Source: an uncultured SAR86 cluster bacterium
Lineage (GTDB): Bacteria > Pseudomonadota > Gammaproteobacteria > Magnimaribacterales > D2472
DNA: 64,000 nt
Direction: 5' to 3'
NCBI GenBank assembly: GCA_902591665.1
Contig: CACJBO010000006.1
Span: forward strand, 2,281-66,280
Positions 36,649 through 45,870 of the stretch are shown here, piece by piece. The position numbers were made by a program, and so were the translations under genes. The notes under the pieces are model-generated. The model saw only the letters and a list, made by a program, of their open reading frames with translations, ran no database searches and had not been told where the DNA came from. Within the stretch, counting starts at the first letter, position 1. Each line of letters begins with the position of its first letter.

Positions 36649-36724
36649 TGGTGGGTCGCACAGGATTCGAACCTGTGACCAATTGGTTAAAAGCCAACTG
36701 CTCTACCAGCTGAGCTAGCGACCC
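36649..36724 (-). tRNA. tRNA-Lys (anticodon UUU), CCA encoded
   Basis: The reverse complement reads GGGTCGCTAGCTCAGCTGGTAGAGCAGTTGGCTTTTAACCAATTGGTCACAGGTTCGAATCCTGTGCGACCCACCA. It has a 7-bp acceptor stem, a GCTC/GAGC D stem, anticodon loop CTTTTAA, and T arm ACAGG-TTCGAAT-CCTGT. It is nearly identical to E. coli tRNA-Lys. Its location downstream of cpoB matches the E. coli lysT locus. Confidence 0.97.
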
Positions 36725-36751
36725 ATGGTATTGCATAATAAAAAAAGGTGA

Positions 36752-37393
36752 TTATTCCATATTTTTCAATAACTGCAAGGCTAAAGATGAAGCAGTGTCA
36801 TTTGGGTATTCTCTTATTACAAAATTATATTTATCTTTTGCCTTTTCTAGTTCATTCTTTTTAAGAAAAATATCTCCAATTTTCTTGTGAGCAAGAGGAG
36901 TTCTGTAATGTGAGGGGTATAGATTAACTAACTCTAAGAAATATTCTTGTGATGATTCTAGTTTGTTTTGAATCAATGCTATCTCTCCTAACCAAAAAAT
37001 TGAAAGAGGTAATTTTTCTTCATCCTTAAAATTATCTACGAAAAATTTAAACAAAGAACTGGCTTTTTCGAAGTCTTGATTTTGAAGAGATTGAGTTGCA
37101 CTCATATAAACCTCCTCTTTACTTCTAGTATCATCAATTCCTGCAAACCTTACAGTATTTTCTGAGGCAAGATTGCTAGAATCCTCATTGGGCTCTGTAT
37201 CATCTACAGATTCTTGTATTAATTTTTGAATTAAATAATCTTGAGATTCTAAAATATTTCTAAGCTCGGCAATTTCTGATTCTAATTCTTGTATTTTTAA
37301 AAATAATAAATCAACTTCTACGTTATCATCCTCAGAAATTAAAAAAGATGAATATATGAAAAATAATGAAAATATTATTATTTGTTTAAGCAT
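36752..37393 (-). CDS. cpoB: Cell division coordinator CpoB (YbgF), TPR protein
   Basis: 213 aa. Signal peptide, coiled-coil N-domain, and C-terminal TPR repeats. It is the last gene of the tol-pal cluster. Confidence 0.82.
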   Translation of the reverse strand: MLKQIIIFSLFFIYSSFLISEDDNVEVDLLFLKIQELESEIAELRNILESQDYLIQKLIQESVDDTEPNEDSSNLASENTVRFAGIDDTRSKEEVYMSATQSLQNQDFEKASSLFKFFVDNFKDEEKLPLSIFWLGEIALIQNKLESSQEYFLELVNLYPSHYRTPLAHKKIGDIFLKKNELEKAKDKYNFVIREYPNDTASSLALQLLKNME

Positions 37394-37397
37394 TTAT

Positions 37398-37901
37398 TTA
37401 GTTAATTTCTGCTCTTCTATTTTTAGAATAACTAACTTCATCAGACCCAAATGATGCTGGTCTTTCTTCGCCGTAACTTTTTACACTAATTCTATTTTTG
37501 TCTATGCCACTTAAAACAAAATAATCTTTTACAGCATCTGCTCTTCTTTGTCCTAAAGCTAAATTGTATTCTCTGGTTCCTCTTTCATCTGCATGTCCTG
37601 CAATTGTGATACGAATAGATTGATTGTCTTTCATAGCCGAAACAGCACTTTTAAGGGTTTGAAGAGACTTGCTATTTAAATTGAATTTATCAAACTCAAA
37701 ATAAACCGTTGCGTTTGTAAAAATTGCCTTTGTCTCATAATCTAGTTCAGTGTTTTCTTGCATTGAGGCTTCAACTGTTCTGATGCCGCCGTCATATACA
37801 ACTTCCTCGGTTACATTCATGCTTGAGCAGGACGAAATTAAGAAAACTAGAATAAATAAGTTATATAAATTTATATTTTTAATTTTTTTAATACTAAGCA
37901 T
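37398..37901 (-). CDS. pal: Peptidoglycan-associated lipoprotein Pal
   Basis: 167 aa. Lipobox (LISSCSS) and an OmpA-like C-domain (GHADERGTREYNLALGQRRA...NRRAEI). Confidence 0.95.
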   Translation of the reverse strand: MLSIKKIKNINLYNLFILVFLISSCSSMNVTEEVVYDGGIRTVEASMQENTELDYETKAIFTNATVYFEFDKFNLNSKSLQTLKSAVSAMKDNQSIRITIAGHADERGTREYNLALGQRRADAVKDYFVLSGIDKNRISVKSYGEERPASFGSDEVSYSKNRRAEIN

Positions 37902-37917
37902 TTTTTTTCTCCATAAA

Positions 37918-39195
37918 TTATCTTAAAAAACCAGACCATGAAGGCTCTCTAACTTGTCCAATTTTAGTTGGAAGCCTAAATCTAGCGCCGCTTAAAGTTA
38001 GTCCAGCCAGTAGCCCTGTTCCATCTTCCGATATTGCATAGATTATCACATTCCCGTTAGGAGAAATACTAGGTGATTCATCTAATCTTGATTTAGTAAG
38101 GGCACGTACAAAATTTTCATTAAAGTATTTTAAAGCTATCTGAAAACTATTATCTTTACGATGAACAAAAACAATACCTTCGCCGTTTGGTAAATATGAT
38201 CCTTTAGCATTGTAGTTACCTTCAAAAGTAATTCTTTTTGGTTTTGCGTTAAATTTTCTTAAATTAATTTCATATAACTGAGGCGAACCAGATCTGCCCG
38301 AGGTAAACATAATTTTTGAGCCGTTAGGTGACCATGAAGATTCTGTATCAATTGAATAATGATTGGTTAATCTAGTTAAATTTTTATTTTTAAGATTTAG
38401 TATATAAATTTCAGCATTACCATCCTGATAAAGAGTCAGTGATAAGAACTTGCCATTTGGCGACCATGAGGGAGAACTTATTTGAGAATTATTTTCTAGA
38501 ACTAGCTCTCTTGATCCAGATGCAATATTTTGTATATATACTTTTGCCATGCCAGTCTCAAAGGAGACATATGCAACTTCTTTTGAGTCTGGTGACCATG
38601 AAGGAGAAATAATTGGCTCCCTACTCCTAAGAAGAACTTGCTCATTCTCACCATCTGCGTCGGCTACAACTAGTTTGAATAACGATTTATTATCTATTAT
38701 TTGCTCAGTTACATATAACAATCTTGTAGATGCAACTCCTTTAATTCCTGTTACCTCTTCATATATTCCATCGCTAATATAGTGTGATAATTGTCTTAAT
38801 CTGTTTGGAATGCCGTATACCGTTGAAGTTCTTATCTTAGATTGCTTATTAACATTATAAATTTCATAGGCAACCGATATATTGCTTTTATCTTCCTGAG
38901 AGGTTGCGCCCATTACAATAAAATCAACATTTAATAACTTAAAATCATCATAATTAATCTCCTCTTGATTTACTGGTGATGACAGGAGTTGATTATCTTT
39001 AAGAATACGGAACTCTCCTGTCCTATTTAGGTCATTGGTAACTATAGAGCCAATTTGATTATTAATATTTTTTGGGCCATCAAAATTAATTATTGCTATT
39101 GAATACGGATCATCTGATCCTTTTGTAATTTCTAAAACCAACTCTGAGATAATTGGTTGTGAAAATAGAATAAATATCAATAATGCTTTTTTCAT
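37918..39195 (-). CDS. tolB: Tol-Pal system periplasmic beta-propeller protein TolB
   Basis: 425 aa. Signal peptide and repeated SPSWSPDG/SPSWSPNG/SWSPNG propeller motifs. Confidence 0.95.
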   Translation of the reverse strand: MKKALLIFILFSQPIISELVLEITKGSDDPYSIAIINFDGPKNINNQIGSIVTNDLNRTGEFRILKDNQLLSSPVNQEEINYDDFKLLNVDFIVMGATSQEDKSNISVAYEIYNVNKQSKIRTSTVYGIPNRLRQLSHYISDGIYEEVTGIKGVASTRLLYVTEQIIDNKSLFKLVVADADGENEQVLLRSREPIISPSWSPDSKEVAYVSFETGMAKVYIQNIASGSRELVLENNSQISSPSWSPNGKFLSLTLYQDGNAEIYILNLKNKNLTRLTNHYSIDTESSWSPNGSKIMFTSGRSGSPQLYEINLRKFNAKPKRITFEGNYNAKGSYLPNGEGIVFVHRKDNSFQIALKYFNENFVRALTKSRLDESPSISPNGNVIIYAISEDGTGLLAGLTLSGARFRLPTKIGQVREPSWSGFLR

Positions 39196-39800
39196 GAAGG
39201 GTTAAATGTAATAACTATATTTTTAAAATTGTTTTGGTATAAATTAAATGGAATTTTATTAAAGAAAGAGAAGGTTTCAACCCTCGAAATAGCTTTTATT
39301 GCAGAATTATCAAATCTTATGTTGCCGCTACTTTTTATTAAATCAATTCGAGTTACTCGGCCATTTTTATTTATTGTCATTCTAAGATCACATACGAGCC
39401 CATCTTGAATATTTTGCGGCTTGATCCAAGCTGACTGAATAGATTGAATTATTAAATTGCTGTACTCATTAATTAAAATATTATCAGATTTTTCCTGCGC
39501 TAATTCATCTTCTTTGATTAAATTATTAATATCTGTCTCCGGAATAACTGGAGTTAATTCAATCTTATTCTCAGCTTGATTAACTTGGACTTGTTCAATA
39601 ATCTTTTTTTGAATATTTTTTATTGGTAAAGATTTTTTGGGCACTTCTTTCTCAAATAAAAGCTCAACATTTACAGGCTTGCTTAAAACAGGTCTGGTGT
39701 TTTTTTCAAAATAAAAAAAATCTGTTAAATATAAAATTATTGTTGCGTGAATTACAAAAGATATAAAAGAAGCTACAAAATAATCAGATTTAATTTGCAT
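39192..39800 (-). CDS. tolA: TolA (short form)
   Basis: N-terminal TM helix, a short charged linker, and a TonB/TolA-type C-terminal domain. Located between tolR and tolB. I use the ATG at 39800. The ORF track uses a TTG at 39815. Confidence 0.75.
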   Translation of the reverse strand: MQIKSDYFVASFISFVIHATIILYLTDFFYFEKNTRPVLSKPVNVELLFEKEVPKKSLPIKNIQKKIIEQVQVNQAENKIELTPVIPETDINNLIKEDELAQEKSDNILINEYSNLIIQSIQSAWIKPQNIQDGLVCDLRMTINKNGRVTRIDLIKSSGNIRFDNSAIKAISRVETFSFFNKIPFNLYQNNFKNIVITFNPS

Positions 39801-40212
39801 AGCCTGTTGTGACAATTCCTATTTTTGAAATACCAACACTTTGAACGGCAGCCATAGCCTTAGCTACACTATCGAAAATTACATCCTTATCGCTTTGGAA
39901 TACTATTTCTATCTCAGGATTTGCTTCAAAGATTACACTAGATTTTCTTTTTAGCTCCTCTAGATCAATAGGCAAAGACTCATCACCAACATTAATAAAA
40001 TATTCACCTTCTTTATTAATAGAAATTACTAAAGGCTCATTTTGTACAGACATTTTTGTTGTATCTGTATTGGGTAAGTTAACTTCTATTCCTTGAATTA
40101 ATAGCGGAGACAAAACCATAAAAATAATTAACAAAACCAACATTACATCTATGTATGGCACAACATTTATCTCTGCCTTTAATGTCTTTTTTTTTGCTAA
40201 TCTGTATATCAT
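39790..40212 (-). CDS. tolR: TolR (ExbD/TolR family)
   Basis: 140 aa. ...EINVVPYIDVMLVLLIIFMV is the typical ExbD/TolR TM region. Confidence 0.92.
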   Translation of the reverse strand: MIYRLAKKKTLKAEINVVPYIDVMLVLLIIFMVLSPLLIQGIEVNLPNTDTTKMSVQNEPLVISINKEGEYFINVGDESLPIDLEELKRKSSVIFEANPEIEIVFQSDKDVIFDSVAKAMAAVQSVGISKIGIVTTGYAN

Positions 40213-40881
40213 TTATTTTATGGATTGCTTATAAAAAATACTTGCAAGTTCTTCTGAGAAAATAAGAGTTGATTGACTCATTGTCTCAAGTTCAGAAGTA
40301 TATTTATTAAAAGCAATAACTGCAGGTATGGCAGCAAAGAGCCCCATTGCAGTTGCGACTAGTGCTTCTGATATCCCTGGAGCAACAGCATTAATGGTAG
40401 CTTGAGTGGCATCAGATAAACCTTGGAATGAGGTCATAATTCCCCAAACAGTTCCCAATAAGCCAATGTATGGACTTACTGATCCTACGTTTGCTAAAAA
40501 AGGAAGGTGTTTATTCATCTCCTCTTCATCTGAAGCTATTGCAACACGCATACATCTATTAATACCCTCTAAATCTAGCTCAGTAATTTCTTTATTTTTA
40601 CTTATCTGAAGAAACTCTTTGAATGCGCTTTTGAATACACCCAATGAACCAAATAACGGGCCTTCGTGATTTTCTAACTCACTATAAAGAGTATTAAGAT
40701 CCTCTCCACTCCAAAACCTATCTAGAAAACTATCATTGATTAATTTAATTTTTTTATAAAAATTATACCTTTCTACAATTACTATCCAGGTTAGTAGAGA
40801 TGCTATTAACAATATAATCATTACGGTCTTTACAACCATACCGGCATCTAGAAAAAGGTTTAAAACTGAAATATCATCCAT
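40213..40881 (-). CDS. tolQ: TolQ (MotA/TolQ/ExbB proton channel)
   Basis: MDDISVLNLFLDAGMVVKTVM aligns with E. coli TolQ [21 protein letters not shown]. The ATG at 40881 is preferred over the TTG at 40899 in the ORF track. Confidence 0.93.
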   Translation of the reverse strand: MDDISVLNLFLDAGMVVKTVMIILLIASLLTWIVIVERYNFYKKIKLINDSFLDRFWSGEDLNTLYSELENHEGPLFGSLGVFKSAFKEFLQISKNKEITELDLEGINRCMRVAIASDEEEMNKHLPFLANVGSVSPYIGLLGTVWGIMTSFQGLSDATQATINAVAPGISEALVATAMGLFAAIPAVIAFNKYTSELETMSQSTLIFSEELASIFYKQSIK

Positions 40882-41302
40882 GCGCTTCACCGTTATCAAA
40901 AATTAATAATAAATCATTAGGAAAAGGTTTTGGTTTTTTTGTCTCAATATCTACCATACAAACTTCAACACTTCCCTCACATATTTGATTTTTGCTGTCA
41001 TCACTTATGATTTTTTGATTAAAAAGCATCCTAGCTTTAGATTTCTTTTCAACCTCGGTCTGAACTATTAATTTTTCACCAAGTTTAGCTGGATATAAAA
41101 AATCTATATCGATTCTTTTGATTACAAAACCTAGATTTGATTGTCTTAGATCATTCTGCGAAATGCCATTTATAGTTAAAAAGTTAGATCTAGCTCTTTC
41201 AAAATATTTTATGTAATTAGCATGATATACAAAACCTTGAAAATCAGTATCTTCAACAAAGATAGTTAATTCGAAATCTTTATGCTTGAAAATTTTGCTC
41301 AT
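40874..41302 (-). CDS. ybgC: Acyl-CoA thioesterase YbgC (hotdog fold)
   Basis: 142 aa. VEDTDFQGFVYHANYIKYFERAR is the 4HBT/YbgC motif. It is the first gene of the tol-pal cluster. Confidence 0.9.
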   Translation of the reverse strand: MSKIFKHKDFELTIFVEDTDFQGFVYHANYIKYFERARSNFLTINGISQNDLRQSNLGFVIKRIDIDFLYPAKLGEKLIVQTEVEKKSKARMLFNQKIISDDSKNQICEGSVEVCMVDIETKKPKPFPNDLLLIFDNGEAHG

Positions 41303-41705
41303 GAAGTTCTATATCTTCTTGAAAAAGTTCTAGAATAATTTGAATAAAATCAGGCCAAAGCAAATCAACAGTTATTAAATTGTTTTTAATTTTATTATTT
41401 ATTGATGAGGCTAGTACTCTTACTTTTATTGGTCTGTTATTAAATTTATAAACTAACGCTGGTTTCAAATTTGTGCCTTGTGAGGAAGCTAGCACTTGAT
41501 CCCACCAATCGGGTCTAGGTTCAGCTCCTGTGCCATAGGCTTTACATTCTATGCACCAATTTCCCAGCATTAAATCTGGTAATTCCTTCGTTCTTGTTTG
41601 TTCTAATATTCTTTTAACTGGATTTGTTAGATTAAGGTCTTCAATAAGAGCATTTGCAATTTGTCTTTCAAAAGCTGCACCTTTATTTCTTGAATTTATA
41701 GACAA
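41280..41705 (-). CDS. Small PD-(D/E)XK nuclease, Hjc/YraN-like (putative Holliday junction resolvase-type endonuclease)
   Basis: 141 aa. KGAAFERQIANAL (N-terminal Glu), then PDLML, then IECK, giving the E...PD...ExK catalytic pattern in Hjc-like spacing. This is followed by KPALVYKFNNRPIKV. TTG start at 41705, 3 nt after the yebC stop. Family assignment is by eye only. Confidence 0.55.
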   Translation of the reverse strand: MSINSRNKGAAFERQIANALIEDLNLTNPVKRILEQTRTKELPDLMLGNWCIECKAYGTGAEPRPDWWDQVLASSQGTNLKPALVYKFNNRPIKVRVLASSINNKIKNNLITVDLLWPDFIQIILELFQEDIELHEQNFQA

Positions 41706-41708
41706 TTT

Positions 41709-42446
41709 TTACTCTTTAACCTCAAAGTTTTCTGGAAATTCAGCATTTGTATGAACCTCTTGGACATCATCTAATTCATCCATAAAGTCCATAATTTTTA
41801 GCACTTTTTCTGACATCTCTTGATCTAAAGAAACAGATGTTTCTGCCCTAAGAGTTAATTCAGCATTTGTATGCTCAATTTTATTAGTTTTAAGAGCTTC
41901 TAGTACATTACTCAAATCAGTGCTTGAAGTGATTACCTCAAAGTAATCGCCTTCATCAACTAAATCCTCAGCTCCAGCATCTAGAACAACCTCTAACAAA
42001 TCTTCCTCTGAAAAGTCTTTAGATATATGAATGATTCCCAGTTTATTAAATAAATAGGATACAGATCCATCTGTACCTAAATTGCCTCCAAACTTAGAAA
42101 ATGCATGCCTGACATCAGAAACTGTTCTGTTTCTATTATCCGACATAGCTTCAACTAAAATAGCTACACCACCAGGTCCATATCCTTCCAATACAATTTC
42201 TTCAAGGGCTCCTGTTTCACCAGTACCAGAGCCTTTTTCTATTGCTCTTTTAATATTATCTTTAGGCATATTTGCTGCATTTGCTTTATCTAAAGCAAGC
42301 CTTAACCTTGGGTTGTCATCAGGATCAGGACCTCCTTTTGCAGCAACTGTTATCTCTCTAATAACTTTGGTCCAAATTTTTCCTCTAGACGCATCTTGTC
42401 GAGCTTTTCTATGCTTAATGTTTGCCCATTTGGAATGTCCAGCCAT
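41709..42446 (-). CDS. yebC: YebC/PmpR (TACO1) family protein
   Basis: 245 aa. MAGHSKWANIKHRKARQDASRGKIWTK... is a canonical family N-terminus. Confidence 0.96.
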   Translation of the reverse strand: MAGHSKWANIKHRKARQDASRGKIWTKVIREITVAAKGGPDPDDNPRLRLALDKANAANMPKDNIKRAIEKGSGTGETGALEEIVLEGYGPGGVAILVEAMSDNRNRTVSDVRHAFSKFGGNLGTDGSVSYLFNKLGIIHISKDFSEEDLLEVVLDAGAEDLVDEGDYFEVITSSTDLSNVLEALKTNKIEHTNAELTLRAETSVSLDQEMSEKVLKIMDFMDELDDVQEVHTNAEFPENFEVKE

Positions 42447-42450
42447 ATAC

Positions 42451-44217
42451 CTATTCTTCCTTGTGAGTACTGATAATTTTTAGTTCATCTAGTTGTTTTT
42501 GATCAACCTTGCTTGGTGCATCGGTTAATAAACAGGTTGCGCTTTGTGTTTTTGGGAATGCGATGACATCTCTAATGTTATTGGTATCTGTAATAAGCAT
42601 TACCAGCCTATCAAGTCCAAATGCAATTCCACCATGAGGCGGGCAACCAGATGATAATGCTTTAATTAAAAAACCAAATTTACTGTTAGCTTCTTCTTTG
42701 CTTATTTGAAGAATGTCAAAGATAGCGCTTTGCATTTCTGCATCAAAAACCCTTAATGAGCCTCCGCCTATTTCATAACCATTTAGAACTATGTCGTATG
42801 CATATGCAATAGCTTCTTCTGGCGTATTTGTTAATTCATCAATAGAACAATTAGGTAAAGTGAATGGGTGATGGAGAGACGTTAAATTGCCTTCACTGTT
42901 TTTTTCAAACATAGGAAAATTAACAACCCAACATGGAGCCCATTTTTCAGTATACAAGGATAAGTCTTCGCCTATCTTCTTGATTAAGCTACTCATACTT
43001 AGATTAACAACGTTTTGCTTGCCAGCTCCAAAAAATAATAGATCATCATTTTCTAAATCCAAATCTTTTACTAAAGATGCAACTGTTTCTGATTTTAAGA
43101 ATTTCAATATAGGCGATTGGAGTCCATTCTCGATATCACTTTTGTCATTAACTTTTATATAAGCAAGTCCCTTAGCTCCTAATTTAGAAACAAAGCTGGT
43201 GTAATCATCTATCTGCCCTCTAGATAATGAGTTTCCTCCTGGAATTTTTAAAGCTACAACCCTTGAATTTTTATCTTTCGCAGGCTCGGCAAAAACCTTA
43301 AATTCTTCATCTTTTACCAAGTCAGAAATTTCAACGAGTTTTAAAGGAATTCTTAGATCAGGTTTATCGCAACCATAATCCCTCATTGCATCATGCCAAT
43401 CTAAAACTTCAAAATCTTTTAGTTTGTCATTACAAAATTCTTCTATAAGGCCCTTAACCATACCTTCACCAGTTTGCATAATATAATCTTGATCAATAAA
43501 TGACGCCTCAATATCTATTTGCGTAAACTCTGGTTGTCGGTCTGCTCTTAGATCCTCATCTCTAAAACATCTAGCAATTTGATAGTATTTATCTAATCCA
43601 CCCATCATTAGCAATTGCTTAAAAAGTTGAGGTGATTGAGGTAAGGCGAAGAAGTTTCCTGACTGCACCCTGCTTGGCAATATATAGTCTCTAGCTCCCT
43701 CAGGAGTGGCTCTTGTTAAAATAGGTGTTTCTATTTCATTAAAATCATTACCATCGAGATAATTTCGAATCATTGAGGTAATTTTTGATCTGGTAACAAT
43801 TCTATGGTTCATCTCAGGCCTTCTTAAATCTAGAACTCTATTTTTTAAGCGAACATCCTCATTGACCTCTTGATAGTCATCTAATGGAAATACTGGGGTT
43901 TCAGCTTTGCTTAGAATTTTAATATCTTTGCTTTCAAGCTCTACTTCGCCTGTTGTCATATTCTTGTTAATTGTTCCCTCTAATCTTGCTTTTACTATTC
44001 CACTTATTTGAACAACATACTCATTTCTTAGGCTTTCAGCTATTGCAAAAGATTCTGCGTTATCCGGATTAATAACAGCCTGACATATGCCCTTTATATC
44101 TCTTACATCAAGAAAGATAACCCCACCATGATCACGTCTTTTGTGTATCCAGCCACAGATAGTTATCTCTTCATTAAGATTTTTAGAAGTTATTTCTCCA
44201 CAATAGTGAGATCTCAT
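42451..44217 (-). CDS. aspS: Aspartyl-tRNA synthetase
   Basis: 588 aa. MRSHYCGEI..., an OB-fold N-domain, and class II motifs ([25 protein letters not shown]). Confidence 0.96.
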   Translation of the reverse strand: MRSHYCGEITSKNLNEEITICGWIHKRRDHGGVIFLDVRDIKGICQAVINPDNAESFAIAESLRNEYVVQISGIVKARLEGTINKNMTTGEVELESKDIKILSKAETPVFPLDDYQEVNEDVRLKNRVLDLRRPEMNHRIVTRSKITSMIRNYLDGNDFNEIETPILTRATPEGARDYILPSRVQSGNFFALPQSPQLFKQLLMMGGLDKYYQIARCFRDEDLRADRQPEFTQIDIEASFIDQDYIMQTGEGMVKGLIEEFCNDKLKDFEVLDWHDAMRDYGCDKPDLRIPLKLVEISDLVKDEEFKVFAEPAKDKNSRVVALKIPGGNSLSRGQIDDYTSFVSKLGAKGLAYIKVNDKSDIENGLQSPILKFLKSETVASLVKDLDLENDDLLFFGAGKQNVVNLSMSSLIKKIGEDLSLYTEKWAPCWVVNFPMFEKNSEGNLTSLHHPFTLPNCSIDELTNTPEEAIAYAYDIVLNGYEIGGGSLRVFDAEMQSAIFDILQISKEEANSKFGFLIKALSSGCPPHGGIAFGLDRLVMLITDTNNIRDVIAFPKTQSATCLLTDAPSKVDQKQLDELKIISTHKEE

Positions 44218-44232
44218 AATTTTTCCCTATAG

Positions 44233-44523
44233 TTATTTACTAATCTTATCTTGTTTAGTCACTTTCTTGGAGTCAGATGACAAATTTTGTGAAGATTTGT
44301 TAGCTGATTCTTTATCGTTTGATACCAAATTCTTTTTTTTACCAGTTTTAAAATCGGTTTCGTACCATCCTCCGCCTTTTAACCTAAAAGAAGGCGCTGA
44401 TACAAGCTTACTAAGAGTATCTTTTTCGCAATTTGGACATTTAGTTTTAGGTTTATCACTAAACTTCTGTATTAGTTCAAATTCTTGCCCACAATTTGAA
44501 CATTTATAGTCATAAATCGGCAT
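44233..44523 (-). CDS. FmdB-family zinc-ribbon protein
   Basis: 96 aa. MPIYDYKCSNCGQEFE...CPNCE... with a C-terminal low-complexity tail. Confidence 0.85.
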   Translation of the reverse strand: MPIYDYKCSNCGQEFELIQKFSDKPKTKCPNCEKDTLSKLVSAPSFRLKGGGWYETDFKTGKKKNLVSNDKESANKSSQNLSSDSKKVTKQDKISK

Positions 44524-44587
44524 AAGTACTCAAAAAAAAGATAAAATTATAAACTATTAAGATTTATACATATAACTAATTTATAAA

Positions 44588-45868
44588 ATGTTATTTTCAA
44601 AAATATTGCTTCCAACTCTTAAAGATGCACCCCAAGAAGCTGAAGTCATTAGTCACAAACTAATGCTTAGAGCAGGAATGGTTAGAAAGGTTGCATCAGG
44701 AATTTATACATGGCTTCCACTTGGTCTAAAAGTCCTTAGAAAAATTGAAAATATTGTTAGAGAAGAAATGGATGCCTCAGGTGCTCAAGAAGTTTTAATG
44801 CCAATGGTTCAACCAAAGGAATTGTGGGATGAAACCAATAGATGGGAAAAAATGGGACCAGAGCTTCTAAGAATACAAGATAGGCATGATAGAGATTTTT
44901 GTTTAGGACCAACTCATGAAGAAGTTATTACTGATCTTATTAGAAATAATGTGAAGAGTTATAAAGAATTACCGCTCAATATTTATCAGATCCAAACAAA
45001 ATTTAGAGATGAGGTAAGACCAAGGTACGGAGTTATGAGAGGAAGAGAGTTTTTAATGAAAGACTCTTACAGCTTTAATATTGATGAAGCCTGTCTTGAA
45101 GAAACTTATTTAACAATGCGCAATACTTACAAAAAAGTCCTAGAGAGAATGGGTCTTGAGTATAAGATTGTTTCAGCTGACTCAGGTGCAATAGGTGGTG
45201 ACGCTTCAGAAGAATTTCATGTGCTCGCTGAAACCGGAGAAGACACCATCGCAGTAAGTGATAGCTCTGAGTATGCTATCAATACTGAACTGCTTCTAAA
45301 AGAAGGTGAAGATATTGAATCTCTAGAGGGAAAACCATCACCAGATGGCAAGGGAACCATTGAGATTAAAAAAGGTATTGAGGTTGGTCATATATTCCAA
45401 TTAGGAAAAGTTTATGCGGAAGATATGAAAGCAAATGTACTAAATAATGAAGGCAAAGCATCTACTTTATATATGGGCTGTTATGGGATTGGGGTTTCAA
45501 GACTTGTAGCCGCAGCTATTGAACAAAACAATGATGATAAAGGCATTATTTGGCCTCATAGCATAGCTCCATTTGATATAAATATTATTGCCATTGGCTA
45601 TGAGAAAGATGAAAAAATAGCTGAAGCATCTAACAATCTATACAAAGAGCTTACGGAAATGGGCTACGATGTTTTATTAGATAATCGTAAAGATGGTTAT
45701 GGAACTAAAATTAAAGATTCTGAGTTAATAGGAGTTCCACTAAATATTATTATTGGTAAGCAGTTCTTAGAATCAGAGGAAATAGAATTTAGAACAAGAT
45801 CTGGAGATACATCTCTTAGCAAAATATCAGATTCAAAAACTATCTTAGACTTCTTTAAAGATAAATAA
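44588..45868 (+). CDS. proS: Prolyl-tRNA synthetase, bacterial type but lacking the INS editing domain
   Basis: 426 aa. The N-terminal 230 aa and C-terminal 180 aa are colinear with E. coli ProRS ([67 protein letters not shown]). Only about 20 aa ([18 protein letters not shown]) sit where the insertion domain belongs. Confidence 0.93.
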   Translation: MLFSKILLPTLKDAPQEAEVISHKLMLRAGMVRKVASGIYTWLPLGLKVLRKIENIVREEMDASGAQEVLMPMVQPKELWDETNRWEKMGPELLRIQDRHDRDFCLGPTHEEVITDLIRNNVKSYKELPLNIYQIQTKFRDEVRPRYGVMRGREFLMKDSYSFNIDEACLEETYLTMRNTYKKVLERMGLEYKIVSADSGAIGGDASEEFHVLAETGEDTIAVSDSSEYAINTELLLKEGEDIESLEGKPSPDGKGTIEIKKGIEVGHIFQLGKVYAEDMKANVLNNEGKASTLYMGCYGIGVSRLVAAAIEQNNDDKGIIWPHSIAPFDINIIAIGYEKDEKIAEASNNLYKELTEMGYDVLLDNRKDGYGTKIKDSELIGVPLNIIIGKQFLESEEIEFRTRSGDTSLSKISDSKTILDFFKDK

Positions 45869-45870
45869 TC

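Noticed and set aside
36628-36760. tRNA-Lys as a possible integration site, which would make the adjacent transporter part of an island.
   Set aside because: There is no integrase and no visible direct repeat of the tRNA 3' end downstream. No other mobile-element genes are present, and the tRNA is at its ancestral position after cpoB.
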